From: Spirochaetales bacterium
GTDB lineage: Bacteria; Spirochaetota; Spirochaetia; Sphaerochaetales; Sphaerochaetaceae
Length of the DNA stretch: 64,000 nucleotides
Reading direction: 5' to 3'
Assembly: GCA_012519115.1 (NCBI GenBank)
Contig: JAAYQW010000050.1
Span: 2,459 to 66,458 of the forward strand
Under the pieces are notes generated by a model that was given only the letters and a program-made list of their open reading frames with translations, had not been told where the DNA came from and made no database searches. The position numbers were made by a program, and so were the translations under genes. Positions 19,932-29,577 of the stretch are shown here, piece by piece; position 1 is the first letter of the stretch, and the number at the start of each line of letters is the position of its first letter.

Positions 19932-21578
19932 TTACTTCATCGTGATGATTGAGCTGTCGTAGAATTCCGGCGGATCGAAGCCCAGAAGATTCATCACGGT
20001 GGCGGCGACGCTGCTGATCCCCAATCCTTCCTTCAGTGTCAGTTCATACTCGCCGTCGTAGAGCGGATCGACGAGAATGAAGGGAACCGGGTTGAGGGAG
20101 TGGCTCGTCTTCGCTTTCGGCGAACCATCCTCCTTGCGGGCGACCTCGCCGGTTTTCGTGTGCTCGTACATGTCATCGGCGTTCCCATGGTCGGCGGTGA
20201 TCATCAAGACCCCGCCGGCGGCCCGGACCGCTCTTTCGATCCGTCCGATCTGCAGGTCCAGCGCCTCCATCGAACAAACTACCGCCTGGTAGACTCCCGT
20301 ATGCCCGACCATGTCTCCGTTGGGGAAGTTGAGCTTGATCAGGTCCCACTTGCCGCTCTCGATCTCCGCGATCACCCGGTCGGCGATCTCGGCGCACTTC
20401 ATCCACGGACGCTCTTCGAAAGGAACCATGTCGGAGGGGATCTCGACATATTCCTCCAAAATCTCGCTGAACTTGCCGCTGCGGTTTCCGTTGAAGAAGT
20501 ACGTTACGTGACCGTACTTCTGCGTTTCGGAGATCGAGAATTGCCGCACTCCGCTCTTCGTCAGATATTCGGCCAACGTCCGATCGATCGCCGGCGGAGA
20601 GACGAGATATTGAGAAGGAACATGCAAGTCCCCATCATACTCCATCATTCCCGCATACTCGACGTTCGGTCGTCTCTTCCGATCGAACTCGACAAGCTCT
20701 TCCGCTTCAAACGCCTTGGTGATCTCAAGAGCGCGATCGCCTCGGAAATTGAAGAGGATCACGCTGTCGTGGTCTTCGATCGTTCCGACCGGCTTGCCCG
20801 CTTCGGCGATGACGAAAGGAGGAAGGTCCTGGTCAATCGCCCCGGTCTCCTTTCTCAACGTCTCGATCGCTTCCGTCGATGAGGTGAAGTATCGGCCCTC
20901 ACCGAGCACATGGGTGTGCCACCCCTTCTCGACCATCTTCCAGTTGGCGTTGTACCGATCCATCGTAATCACCATCCGGCCGCCGCCGCTGGCGATCTTC
21001 GCATCGAAGTTTTGATCGTTCAACGTATCAAGGAACGCTTCAAAGGGCTGGAAGTACTCCAACGCCGATCGCTCCCCGACATCCCGTCCGTCCAGAAGGG
21101 CGTGGACCCGGACCCTCGATACCCCTTCGACCTTGGCTTGAGCGACCATCGCCTTAAGGTTGTCGATGTGCGAATGGACGTTTCCGTCGCTCAGAAGACC
21201 GATGAAGTGCAGCGTCGAGGAGTGGTTCTTGACGTTCCGAATGAGCTTCTTCCACGTCTTGCCTTCATACATCGCTTTGGTCTCGATCGAGGTCTGGACC
21301 AGCTTCGCTCCTTGACTGAAGACCCTGCCGCATCCCATCGCGTTGTGCCCGACCTCGCTGTTGCCCATATCATCGTCACTGGGCAGTCCAACCGCCGTAC
21401 CATGGGCTTTCAGCTTCGTCCAGGGGTTGTCCCGGTAGAGGCGATCGAGAGTTTGCGTCACGGCGGAGGCGACCGCATCCCCTTCTTTGTATTTGCCGAA
21501 GCCCACCCCGTCCATGATCAGCAGAACGACAGGTCCTTCGCGCTTGATCTTCCCTGATTTCCGTAACGGTTCCACCAT
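19932..21578 (-). CDS. gpmI: 2,3-bisphosphoglycerate-independent phosphoglycerate mutase
   Basis: LLIMDGVG, MGNSEVGH, LLDGRD, NFRGDRA, DMVGHTG and TADHGNA. Confidence 0.97.
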   Translation of the reverse strand: MVEPLRKSGKIKREGPVVLLIMDGVGFGKYKEGDAVASAVTQTLDRLYRDNPWTKLKAHGTAVGLPSDDDMGNSEVGHNAMGCGRVFSQGAKLVQTSIETKAMYEGKTWKKLIRNVKNHSSTLHFIGLLSDGNVHSHIDNLKAMVAQAKVEGVSRVRVHALLDGRDVGERSALEYFQPFEAFLDTLNDQNFDAKIASGGGRMVITMDRYNANWKMVEKGWHTHVLGEGRYFTSSTEAIETLRKETGAIDQDLPPFVIAEAGKPVGTIEDHDSVILFNFRGDRALEITKAFEAEELVEFDRKRRPNVEYAGMMEYDGDLHVPSQYLVSPPAIDRTLAEYLTKSGVRQFSISETQKYGHVTYFFNGNRSGKFSEILEEYVEIPSDMVPFEERPWMKCAEIADRVIAEIESGKWDLIKLNFPNGDMVGHTGVYQAVVCSMEALDLQIGRIERAVRAAGGVLMITADHGNADDMYEHTKTGEVARKEDGSPKAKTSHSLNPVPFILVDPLYDGEYELTLKEGLGISSVAATVMNLLGFDPPEFYDSSIITMK

Positions 21579-21580
21579 TT

Positions 21581-23359
21581 CTATTCTTCTCCCAAGAGGC
21601 TCCGTGTCGCATATTCAAGATATTCGACCGCCTCGTCATCTATTAATTCATACAGTTCATCATATACCCAGGCATGGTATGCATCGACCATCTCGACCTC
21701 CTCCCCGGTCAGCATGTCCGGGTCGATCAGATCGCGCTCAAACGGACAGAGCGTGAGGACCTCGAAGCTGTAGAACGTTCCGAACTCCGTCTGTCCGTCT
21801 TCCTGGACCGCCAACAGGTTTTCGATTCGAATGCCATGCGATCCGCTTCGATAGATGCCGGGTTCGTCGCTGACGATCATCCCTTCCTTAAGCGGCGCGA
21901 CGATCGGCTTGGGACTGATCGACTGGGGTCCTTCGTGGACGTTGAGCCTGAAGCCGACTCCGTGACCGGTTCCGTGGAAGTAGGAAAGCCCTTCCTGCCA
22001 GAGATGCTGACGGGCAAGCACATCCAGCTGATATCCGTTGGTGCCTTCGGGGAAGCGAGCGGAAGCAAGGGCGAGATGACCCTTGAGCACAAGGGTGTAA
22101 TCACGGATCTGCTCCTCGGTCGGCTTTCCGAACAGAACCGTCCGGGTGACATCCGTCGTTCCGAACGCATATGAACCGCCGGTGTCGAGAACCAGCAGGC
22201 CGTTTCCTTCCACCTTGGCGTTCGATTCTTCATCCGCCGCATAGTGAACGATAGCCCCATGGGCTCCGAAGCCGCTGATCGCGTTGAAGGATTCGCCCAA
22301 GAAGTGCTCGTTCCGTGATCGCTCATCGAGCAGCCGCTCGGCCAGTTCCAACTCCGTATAGGAGCCGTTTTTCGCATCCAGCCGTCCAAGGAAGTTGACC
22401 AGCGCAACACCATCCAGCAGATGAGCTCTTCTCATTCCCTCCAGTTCCACCTCGTTTTTTTGAGCCTTCAGGTCGGTCGTGAACTCCCGCCCTTCGAGCT
22501 TCTCGTAGGATCCGAAGCTTTTGGCGACCATCACGCTGGTCTTTTGAGGATTGTAGTACAGCGCGGCATGTTTCCACAGGCTGGAAAGATCCTTTTGAAG
22601 CCGAGCGTACGGCTGAATCGCAAGATCTTCTTCCAATCGTGCCCTGAGCTGTTCCGTAAAGCGTTTTTCGCCGGTATACAGGCATGCTCGCTCGGTGCTG
22701 ATCAGCATATAGCCCATGAAGAGCGGATTATAGAGGATGTCGCGGCCGCGAAGATTCGTGAGCCACGCGATATCATCCAGTGTGGAAAGGAGCAGGTGGG
22801 TCGCCCCCGCCTCGATCATCAACGTACGAACCTGCTCAAGCTTCTCTTTCATGCTTGAACCCGCATACTCGACGGGAACCTCGACAACCTCATATTCCGG
22901 CAGCGCCGGACGATCGGTCCATACGGTATCGAGAATGTCCTCCATCGGCTTGAGGGTGAGGGTGTTCCGAAAGATTCCTTCGATCCGTTCGCGCTCGCTG
23001 ACGGGAATCGTCGCCTCATCGATTCCGATGACCGATCCTTTGGCGAGGTTCGTCTTCAGATAGGTATACGGATCGGGATAAGAGGGGGTATCGATCTTCA
23101 TCATTTCAAAGACCGTACCGGAGATCTGCTCCTCGGCTTGAAGGAAATATCGTGAATCCACCCAGAGCAGGGCTTTGTCCTTGGTGACCAGAACGAAGCC
23201 GGCACTGCCGGTGAAGCCGCTGATGAACGCCCTGCTCCGATATCTCTCGGGGACGTATTCGCTTTGATGCGGATCGGTTCCGTTGATGATCCAGCCATCA
23301 ACGCCGGCATCGGCCATCGCACGCCTAAGGTCTTCGACCCGTGCATTGATGATATTCAT
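21581..23359 (-). CDS. Aminopeptidase P (M24B)
   Basis: DPHQSEY, SGFTGSAG, DTGGSYAFGTTDVTRT, HGTGHGVG, VHEGP, SDEPG and GIRIEN. Confidence 0.93.
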   Translation of the reverse strand: MNIINARVEDLRRAMADAGVDGWIINGTDPHQSEYVPERYRSRAFISGFTGSAGFVLVTKDKALLWVDSRYFLQAEEQISGTVFEMMKIDTPSYPDPYTYLKTNLAKGSVIGIDEATIPVSERERIEGIFRNTLTLKPMEDILDTVWTDRPALPEYEVVEVPVEYAGSSMKEKLEQVRTLMIEAGATHLLLSTLDDIAWLTNLRGRDILYNPLFMGYMLISTERACLYTGEKRFTEQLRARLEEDLAIQPYARLQKDLSSLWKHAALYYNPQKTSVMVAKSFGSYEKLEGREFTTDLKAQKNEVELEGMRRAHLLDGVALVNFLGRLDAKNGSYTELELAERLLDERSRNEHFLGESFNAISGFGAHGAIVHYAADEESNAKVEGNGLLVLDTGGSYAFGTTDVTRTVLFGKPTEEQIRDYTLVLKGHLALASARFPEGTNGYQLDVLARQHLWQEGLSYFHGTGHGVGFRLNVHEGPQSISPKPIVAPLKEGMIVSDEPGIYRSGSHGIRIENLLAVQEDGQTEFGTFYSFEVLTLCPFERDLIDPDMLTGEEVEMVDAYHAWVYDELYELIDDEAVEYLEYATRSLLGEE

Positions 23360-24303
23360 TATGTAGTTCTCCTGTAGCGGATGATAAGGCGAATCGCTAT
23401 TCCGAGGACAATCATGATCAGACAGAAGATCTGCCCCATCGAAATATTGAAGATCGATTGAAAGAGAGTGATGGTATCGGAACCACGCCCCCAGGCGATG
23501 ACATACCCGAGATGCTCGTCCGGCGAGCGGAAATATTCAATGACGAAGCGGGCGCTTCCGTAGCCGATCAGATACCATGCCAACCCCGTTCCGACGGGTT
23601 TTTCCCTTCGCTTCGGCTTGATGACGAACCACAGGAAGAAGAACAGAATGATTCCCTCGAAGAGCGCTTCATACAGCTGGCTGGGATGACGGGGGAGATT
23701 GATATATTGACCGATCTCATAGGGAATATTCAGCGTTTCGGCGATGTTTCTCACCCATTCATAGTTGGTAGAGTAGGAAGGAGCGTCGGGAAAGACCATC
23801 GCCCACGGTTTCGTCGAGACCCGTCCGAACAGTTCGCCGTTGATGAAGTTGCCGAGCCTTCCGAACGTATACCCCAGCGGAACGCTGTAGACGACCGTAT
23901 CGGCGATCTCCAAGAAAGGCATCCGCTTTTTTCTGGAATACAGCCATCCTCCCACTGCAGCCCCGAAAAGCCCTCCGTGATAGCTCATCCCCGGCAGGCC
24001 GACAAACTTCCCGTCGCGAAACGGCCAGAAGATCAGATGGGGATGGGTCAAATAAAACGTGGTGCCGTCATAAAACAGTACGGAAAAAAGCCGAGCTCCC
24101 AGAATCAGGCCAATGACACACCACATCACGAGATCGAGTGCATCCTCCTTGGTCAGCGCGATCTCGCCGTTCCTTGCCTGGATCACGATGAAGATGTACG
24201 CGGTCGCGAACGCGAGGATGTACATCAGCCCATACCACCGAATCGGCAGAAAGGAGAAAATTTCCGGTTTTATCCAGCTTGGGAAGGAAATATACAGGGC
24301 CAT
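23359..24303 (-). CDS. lgt: Prolipoprotein diacylglyceryl transferase
   Basis: IRWYGLMY, GMSYHGG, GRLGNFINGELFGR and HPSQLYEA; start at 24303. Confidence 0.95.
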   Translation of the reverse strand: MALYISFPSWIKPEIFSFLPIRWYGLMYILAFATAYIFIVIQARNGEIALTKEDALDLVMWCVIGLILGARLFSVLFYDGTTFYLTHPHLIFWPFRDGKFVGLPGMSYHGGLFGAAVGGWLYSRKKRMPFLEIADTVVYSVPLGYTFGRLGNFINGELFGRVSTKPWAMVFPDAPSYSTNYEWVRNIAETLNIPYEIGQYINLPRHPSQLYEALFEGIILFFFLWFVIKPKRREKPVGTGLAWYLIGYGSARFVIEYFRSPDEHLGYVIAWGRGSDTITLFQSIFNISMGQIFCLIMIVLGIAIRLIIRYRRTT

Positions 24304-24385
24304 GCGGCAAGTGTAGTAAGCTAATTGGTCCCGGTCAATAGTGCCAAACCTAGTCGACGTCGACTCATTACAGTATACTTGCTGT

Positions 24386-25810
24386 ATGAAAAAATTGAGA
24401 CATTTCCACATATTTGTGTTCATTCTTATTCTGCTCACCTTCGCTCCGGTTTTCGCCGGAGGCGACCCGGAGCCGCTCATTACCAGTTTGACCTCCGGTC
24501 GATTCGCTCAGGACAAGATCTCCACGGACATCTTGGCTCTTGAACGTCTCTATCGGTACATCGATGCGATCTATATCGAGGAAGTAGATAAAGACAAGGT
24601 CTTCACCGATCTGGCCACGGCGCTTGTGGCATCCCTTGACGATCCTTACTCCTTCTACGTCAAACCCTCCGACGCGAAGGAGTATGAAGAGGGAGCCAGC
24701 GGAATCTACGGAGGAATCGGGACGTACCTCTCCAAGCCCAATCCCGATTCGATCGACCCGAACGATCCTGAAACGTACATGATCACGATCGTTTCCCCCT
24801 TCCCCGGTTCGCCCGCCCAGCGCGTGGGCTTGCAGGCCGGCGATTTGATCAGTCACATCGAAGGCGAACCGGTCGATGCCCTCACGAGCCTTGAGGCATC
24901 ACGCAAACTCAGAGGAGAGCCCAATACGAGCGTGACGATAACCGTCTATCGGATGGGAACCTCGTTCGATCTGACGCTCCACCGCGAACTCATCACCACT
25001 CCCACCGTTGATTCGATGCTCCTGGAAGGGAACCTGCTCTACATTCAGATCTCCGAATTCAGTCCTCAAACGGGCAAGCAGCTTCTTGAACACGTCCGCA
25101 AGTATGACCTCGATGCGATCCAAGGGATCATCATCGACGAGCGGAACAACTCCGGCGGCGCGGTGGACGGGGCGATGCAAGCCGCAAACGTCTTCCTCGA
25201 TGAGGGCAAGACGATCGTGACAATCCAAGGCAAGCGAGGTTCAAGCCGCGACCAGCGCTACCTTTCCTCGAACAAGGCTGAGGTAAGCGAAGACATTCCG
25301 ATCGTCGTCCTTACCAACGGCGGATCCGCTTCGTCGGCGGAGATTTTCGCCGCGGCGATGCGCGACAACAATCGGGCGGTATTGGTAGGAGAAAAGACGT
25401 TCGGAAAAGGAATCGTCCAAGATGTCTTTAAATTCGGCGACGGGTTCGCCCAGGTTACCACCGCTCATTACTACACCCCAAACGGTGAGAATATCCATAA
25501 GATAGGAATCGAGCCGGACGTGCTCGTGGAAAGCCTGGTGATGGCGGAGGAAGAACTCGAACCCTTTGCCAGACTCATGGAAGAAAAAGCCATCTCTTCC
25601 TTCATCGCCGCCCACCCTGAACCGAGCGACGAGAATATCGCCGCCTTCCTCAAAGCCAATCAGGAGTGGGGAGTCCGTGATGAAATCCTGGCGATTCTCA
25701 TTCGCAACGAATATCAAGCCAAGATTCCCTATGATGAACGCAAGCTTGCCGATCCCGCTTTCGATCATCAATTGCAAGTGGCGATTGATGTGATCCGAGC
25801 CCAACGATGA
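24386..25810 (+). CDS. ctpA: S41 C-terminal processing protease with a PDZ domain
   Basis: Signal peptide, LDDPYS, PDZ GIG...SPAQRVGLQAGD, SASSAEIFA, GEKTFGKG and GIEPD. Confidence 0.9.
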   Translation: MKKLRHFHIFVFILILLTFAPVFAGGDPEPLITSLTSGRFAQDKISTDILALERLYRYIDAIYIEEVDKDKVFTDLATALVASLDDPYSFYVKPSDAKEYEEGASGIYGGIGTYLSKPNPDSIDPNDPETYMITIVSPFPGSPAQRVGLQAGDLISHIEGEPVDALTSLEASRKLRGEPNTSVTITVYRMGTSFDLTLHRELITTPTVDSMLLEGNLLYIQISEFSPQTGKQLLEHVRKYDLDAIQGIIIDERNNSGGAVDGAMQAANVFLDEGKTIVTIQGKRGSSRDQRYLSSNKAEVSEDIPIVVLTNGGSASSAEIFAAAMRDNNRAVLVGEKTFGKGIVQDVFKFGDGFAQVTTAHYYTPNGENIHKIGIEPDVLVESLVMAEEELEPFARLMEEKAISSFIAAHPEPSDENIAAFLKANQEWGVRDEILAILIRNEYQAKIPYDERKLADPAFDHQLQVAIDVIRAQR

Positions 25811-26577
25811 GAGTCTACCGCCTCCCCTCCTCCTACGATGGAGAAGAGGAGATAACCCTGAAGGGCAAGGAAGCACACTATATAACGACCGTATTGCGCC
25901 TCAAGGCCGGCGCTCATCTCCTTGCCCAAGATCGAAAAGGGGTGCGTTACCAAGGAGTCATCATCGTCGCCTCCTCCGCCTCCTGCACGATCAAGCTCAC
26001 CATCGCCACGAAGGCATCAATCGCCACCGACTCCCTTCCTTCCTACGAGGGAGCGTTCACTCCCCTGGTACTCCTGCTCTGCTTGCTCAAAGGAAAGAAA
26101 GAGGAGCAGGTCGTTCGCCAAGCCACCGAGCTCGGTGTCAGCGAAATCGCCCTTGTTTCCAGTGAGCACTGCACCGTCCAGCTGGACAAGAAACATCCCC
26201 GGGCTCGATTTGCCAGGCTCGAGGCTCAAATCACCGAAGCGCTTCAGCAAAGCGGATCGATGGTTCCCACCACCTTGATCGACCGGGTGCTCGACATTCG
26301 TACCCTTGATGCGTGGTGGGCCAACAAAGGTCCGCTCCTCTTCCTTCATCAGAACTCCCGCACCCAAAGCAAAGACCTGTCGACATATGCCAAAGAGTTC
26401 GATCCGAATGCTCCGATAGGCGTTCTGGTCGGTCCCGAAGGAGGGTTCAGCGAAGAGGAATGCGCTCTCTTGGAAGAAGCGGGTTTTCTCCCCGTTTTCC
26501 TGAAAAGCAATATCCTCCGAAGCGAAACCGCCGCAATCTATGCCCTAAGCAGCTTGCAAGAGCTTCTCCACCGCTAA
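25807..26577 (+). CDS. rsmE: 16S rRNA m3U1498 methyltransferase
   Basis: HYITTVLRL, QATELGV, EALQQS, VGPEGGFS and ILRSETA. Confidence 0.92.
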   Translation: MRVYRLPSSYDGEEEITLKGKEAHYITTVLRLKAGAHLLAQDRKGVRYQGVIIVASSASCTIKLTIATKASIATDSLPSYEGAFTPLVLLLCLLKGKKEEQVVRQATELGVSEIALVSSEHCTVQLDKKHPRARFARLEAQITEALQQSGSMVPTTLIDRVLDIRTLDAWWANKGPLLFLHQNSRTQSKDLSTYAKEFDPNAPIGVLVGPEGGFSEEECALLEEAGFLPVFLKSNILRSETAAIYALSSLQELLHR

Positions 26578-26696
26578 AAACCTCTCAAAATGATAGTAGA
26601 TAGCCTTTGAAAGTCTTTGATAAGACTAAGGTAGGGTTGCCTCTGCTCCTTTGCTTCTCCTTTCCGCCCCTAAAACACAAGCTACGGAGTATATGC

Positions 26697-27815
26697 ATGT
26701 CTCTATTCGTGCTCTCCTTGGACTGGAGGACCAAGGAGCGGTTCAAACTACAGTTTACTCAACCATATCTTCAACTCTTCAACATACCGGCTGCGCTCTT
26801 CGAGGCGCTTGAATCCGAGATTCCCGATATGATCATCATCGATTCCAAAGAGCCGAAGATTTCCACAAGCGAGATCATCCATCAGCTAGGAGAGAGCGAA
26901 TGTCCCGCCCCGATCATCATCCTCACCCGTGATGAACCGGTTCGGAACTACCGCAATCCCTACAATCTGGACATTACACTGATGCACAAACGGACTGTAA
27001 ACTGGGAGGAAGTGTTCAAGGAGATCTGCCGGGTCGGAAAGACGGAACTCGTCAAAGAATCGTGTCCGGTCTGGTCAAGCGGTCTTGTCGGTGAGAGCAG
27101 ACCGATGGTCGAACTGAGAAACCTTCTTGATTTCTATGCAACTAAAGATTGTTCGGTGCACATTTACGGTGAAACCGGGACAGGAAAAGAACTCGCGGCC
27201 GAATATCTCCATCGCCGCCGGTATCCCCAGCGACACATCATCGCGGTCAACTGCTCCCTGCTCAATGACGCAGTCGGCAAATCTGTGTTCTTCGGACACA
27301 GCAAAGGCGCATTCACCGACGCGACCAATGAACTTATCGGTCTCTTGTGCCAAGCGAACAACTCCACCCTCTTTCTGGATGAGGTGGAGAACCTGCCTCT
27401 CGTGTTCCAAGCCCATATGCTTCGGCTGCTGGAGAACGGGGAGTATCGGCGCCTGGGTGATACGAAGCTCCGCTCAAGCGATTTCAGACTTCTCACCGCC
27501 AGCAATGAGAAGCTCATCAAGCTGGTCACCGAAGGGCAAATGCGCAAAGATTTCTTCTATCGAATCACCGATGCTCAAATCCATATGCCGCCCCTGCGAG
27601 AACACATTGAAGATATTCCTCTTCTCATTCAACACTTTTTCTCGACCCTTTCCGAGCGACGGCCGGTAACCGACAAATCGATCAAGCTGCTTCAAAGTTA
27701 CCACTGGCCGGGCAATGTCCGCCAGCTCTTTTCCGTCTTGAGACGGGCATCGATTCTTGCAAAGAGCAATCGCTGGATCGAGATCGATGAAAAGGAGTTC
27801 GCTGAAGAGTTATGA
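26697..27815 (+). CDS. Sigma54-interacting-type AAA+ regulator (degenerate receiver domain, no C-terminal HTH)
   Basis: GETGTGKE, FGHSKGAFTDA, LFLDEV, RKDFFYRI and WPGNVRQL; N-terminal PDMIIID/PIIILT; the protein ends about 26 aa after sensor II. Confidence 0.85.
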   Translation: MSLFVLSLDWRTKERFKLQFTQPYLQLFNIPAALFEALESEIPDMIIIDSKEPKISTSEIIHQLGESECPAPIIILTRDEPVRNYRNPYNLDITLMHKRTVNWEEVFKEICRVGKTELVKESCPVWSSGLVGESRPMVELRNLLDFYATKDCSVHIYGETGTGKELAAEYLHRRRYPQRHIIAVNCSLLNDAVGKSVFFGHSKGAFTDATNELIGLLCQANNSTLFLDEVENLPLVFQAHMLRLLENGEYRRLGDTKLRSSDFRLLTASNEKLIKLVTEGQMRKDFFYRITDAQIHMPPLREHIEDIPLLIQHFFSTLSERRPVTDKSIKLLQSYHWPGNVRQLFSVLRRASILAKSNRWIEIDEKEFAEEL

Positions 27816-27820
27816 GCAAG

Positions 27821-28179
27821 CTATCCACAAGTTATCATATGAACATGAGCGATGGACTCAGAGGGGAAAGTTTCCTCTAACTCTCGCTATTAAGGTAGTT
27901 ACATGATGTTTTCCCCTCTGTACAGCCTGTGGATAACTTGTGTATACAATGGGAATAGGATGTCACATTAAGTTGTGTCCAACCTACTAAAAACTACATA
28001 AAACTTATATCGGTTTTAGAGTAAAACAAACCACTAAACAAGAGTTTATTTTTATGCAATATAAATAGTTAACAGATAGCTTATATCTGTATTTTTTATG
28101 TGGCATACCGCCGGTTTTCAGTGACTGATTCTTGGGGGTTATAGGGTGTTTAGTATCCTTGTGGATAACTTGTGTACAA
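27821..28179. promoter_or_regulatory. DnaA-box cluster in an AT-rich spacer between convergent genes
   Basis: Perfect boxes (TGTGGATAA) at 27928-27936 and 28160-28168, each followed after 2 nt by a degenerate box (27939-27947, 28171-28179); CTATCCACA at 27821-27829. Confidence 0.75.
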
Positions 28180-28193
28180 AAAAGCAGAAACGT

Positions 28194-29483
28194 CTAATCG
28201 GTTCGAACCATGTCGATTCCCAGAGAGGTCAACTTTTCACTCAGATTCTCATATCCTCGCTCGATCTGGTAGATATTCTGGATGATCGACTCTCCTCGGG
28301 CGGCAGCCGCGGCGATGACGAGGGCCATCCCCGCCCGGACATCGGGGCTGCTCAATACCGATCCGATCAGTTTGCTCGGTCCTTGAACCACCGCTCGGTG
28401 CGGATCGCAGAGAATGATGTTCGCTCCCATCCGGATGAGCCAGTCGATGAAGTACATCCGCGATTCGAACATCTTCTCGTGGATGAGGATCGAACCGCGA
28501 GACTGGGTCGCGGCGACGGTCAGAATGCTGAGAAGGTCCGCCGGAAATCCCGGCCATGGAGCGCTGTCGATTTTGGTGGTCTGTCCGCCCAGCTCCTTGG
28601 CAAGAACTTTTCGTTGTTTTTTGGGAACGAGAATCGAAGAGGGGCCGGCGCTTTCCCAGGCGATGCCGATTCGCTCAAAGCCCAGATGCAGCATTCTCAG
28701 ATGCTGATGATCGATCCCCCTGATCAGCAGTTCGCCCCCGGTGGCGGCGGCCAAGCCAATGAACGAGCCCGCTTCCATGTAGTCGAACCCGAGAGTATGG
28801 GAGGCTCCTTTGAGCTTCTTAGACCCGATGACGGTCAAACGGTTTGAGCCGATTCCCGTGATTGTCGAACCCATCCTCACCAGAAGATGACAAAGGTCCT
28901 GGACATGCGGCTCGCACGCCGCATTGAAGATCGTCGTTTCTCCTTCGGCGAGAGCTGCGGCCATGATCACGTTTTCCGTCGCGGTTACCGAAGCTTCATC
29001 AAGAAAGATGTCATTTCCCACAAGGCCTTTCTTGACGATCTTGAAATGAAGTGACCCATCCTCGCCGAGCTTGGCGTTCGCTCCCAATGCGGTCAACCCG
29101 AGAAAGTGGGTATCCAATCGCCTCAGGCCGATCACATCCCCTCCAGGGGGAGGAATCGTCACCTCGCCATTCCGCGCCAGCAGCGGTCCGAGCAGGAGGA
29201 TCGAGCCGCGGACCGCTTGAACCAGATCCTTCGGCAAGGAGGCATCGCCCCTTCCGGATCGGATGGCATACTCTCCCTTGCCTTCACGGATGACGGAAGA
29301 GCCCAAGCTTTCCAAGAGAGCGATCATCACCTTCACATCTTCGATTTCGGGAACGTTGGAAAGGCGGACCGGCTCATCGGTGAGCAGGGTCGCCGCGAGA
29401 CAAGGAAGGGCGGCGTTCTTGTTGCCGCTGATCAACACCTCGCCGCTTGCCGGTTTTCCGCCGATGATCCGATATTCACTCAT
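28194..29483 (-). CDS. murA: UDP-N-acetylglucosamine 1-carboxyvinyltransferase
   Basis: SGNKNAALP, PGGDVIGLRRLDTH, SVTATEN, PWPGFPADL, HEKMFESR and IERGYE. Confidence 0.96.
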   Translation of the reverse strand: MSEYRIIGGKPASGEVLISGNKNAALPCLAATLLTDEPVRLSNVPEIEDVKVMIALLESLGSSVIREGKGEYAIRSGRGDASLPKDLVQAVRGSILLLGPLLARNGEVTIPPPGGDVIGLRRLDTHFLGLTALGANAKLGEDGSLHFKIVKKGLVGNDIFLDEASVTATENVIMAAALAEGETTIFNAACEPHVQDLCHLLVRMGSTITGIGSNRLTVIGSKKLKGASHTLGFDYMEAGSFIGLAAATGGELLIRGIDHQHLRMLHLGFERIGIAWESAGPSSILVPKKQRKVLAKELGGQTTKIDSAPWPGFPADLLSILTVAATQSRGSILIHEKMFESRMYFIDWLIRMGANIILCDPHRAVVQGPSKLIGSVLSSPDVRAGMALVIAAAAARGESIIQNIYQIERGYENLSEKLTSLGIDMVRTD

Positions 29484-29577
29484 ATCTCTATCGTACTTCC
29501 GCCGCCTCCTCCAATCAAGCGTTGTATGAGAGTGCTTTCTGGTGTTAGAATGAGCGCGGCGGACAGAGGAGACGACA

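Noticed and set aside
27816-28193. Calling this spacer the primary oriC
   Set aside because: No trio run and no adjacent dnaA; the dnaA-dnaN spacer has the full module. A skew calculation is needed for certainty
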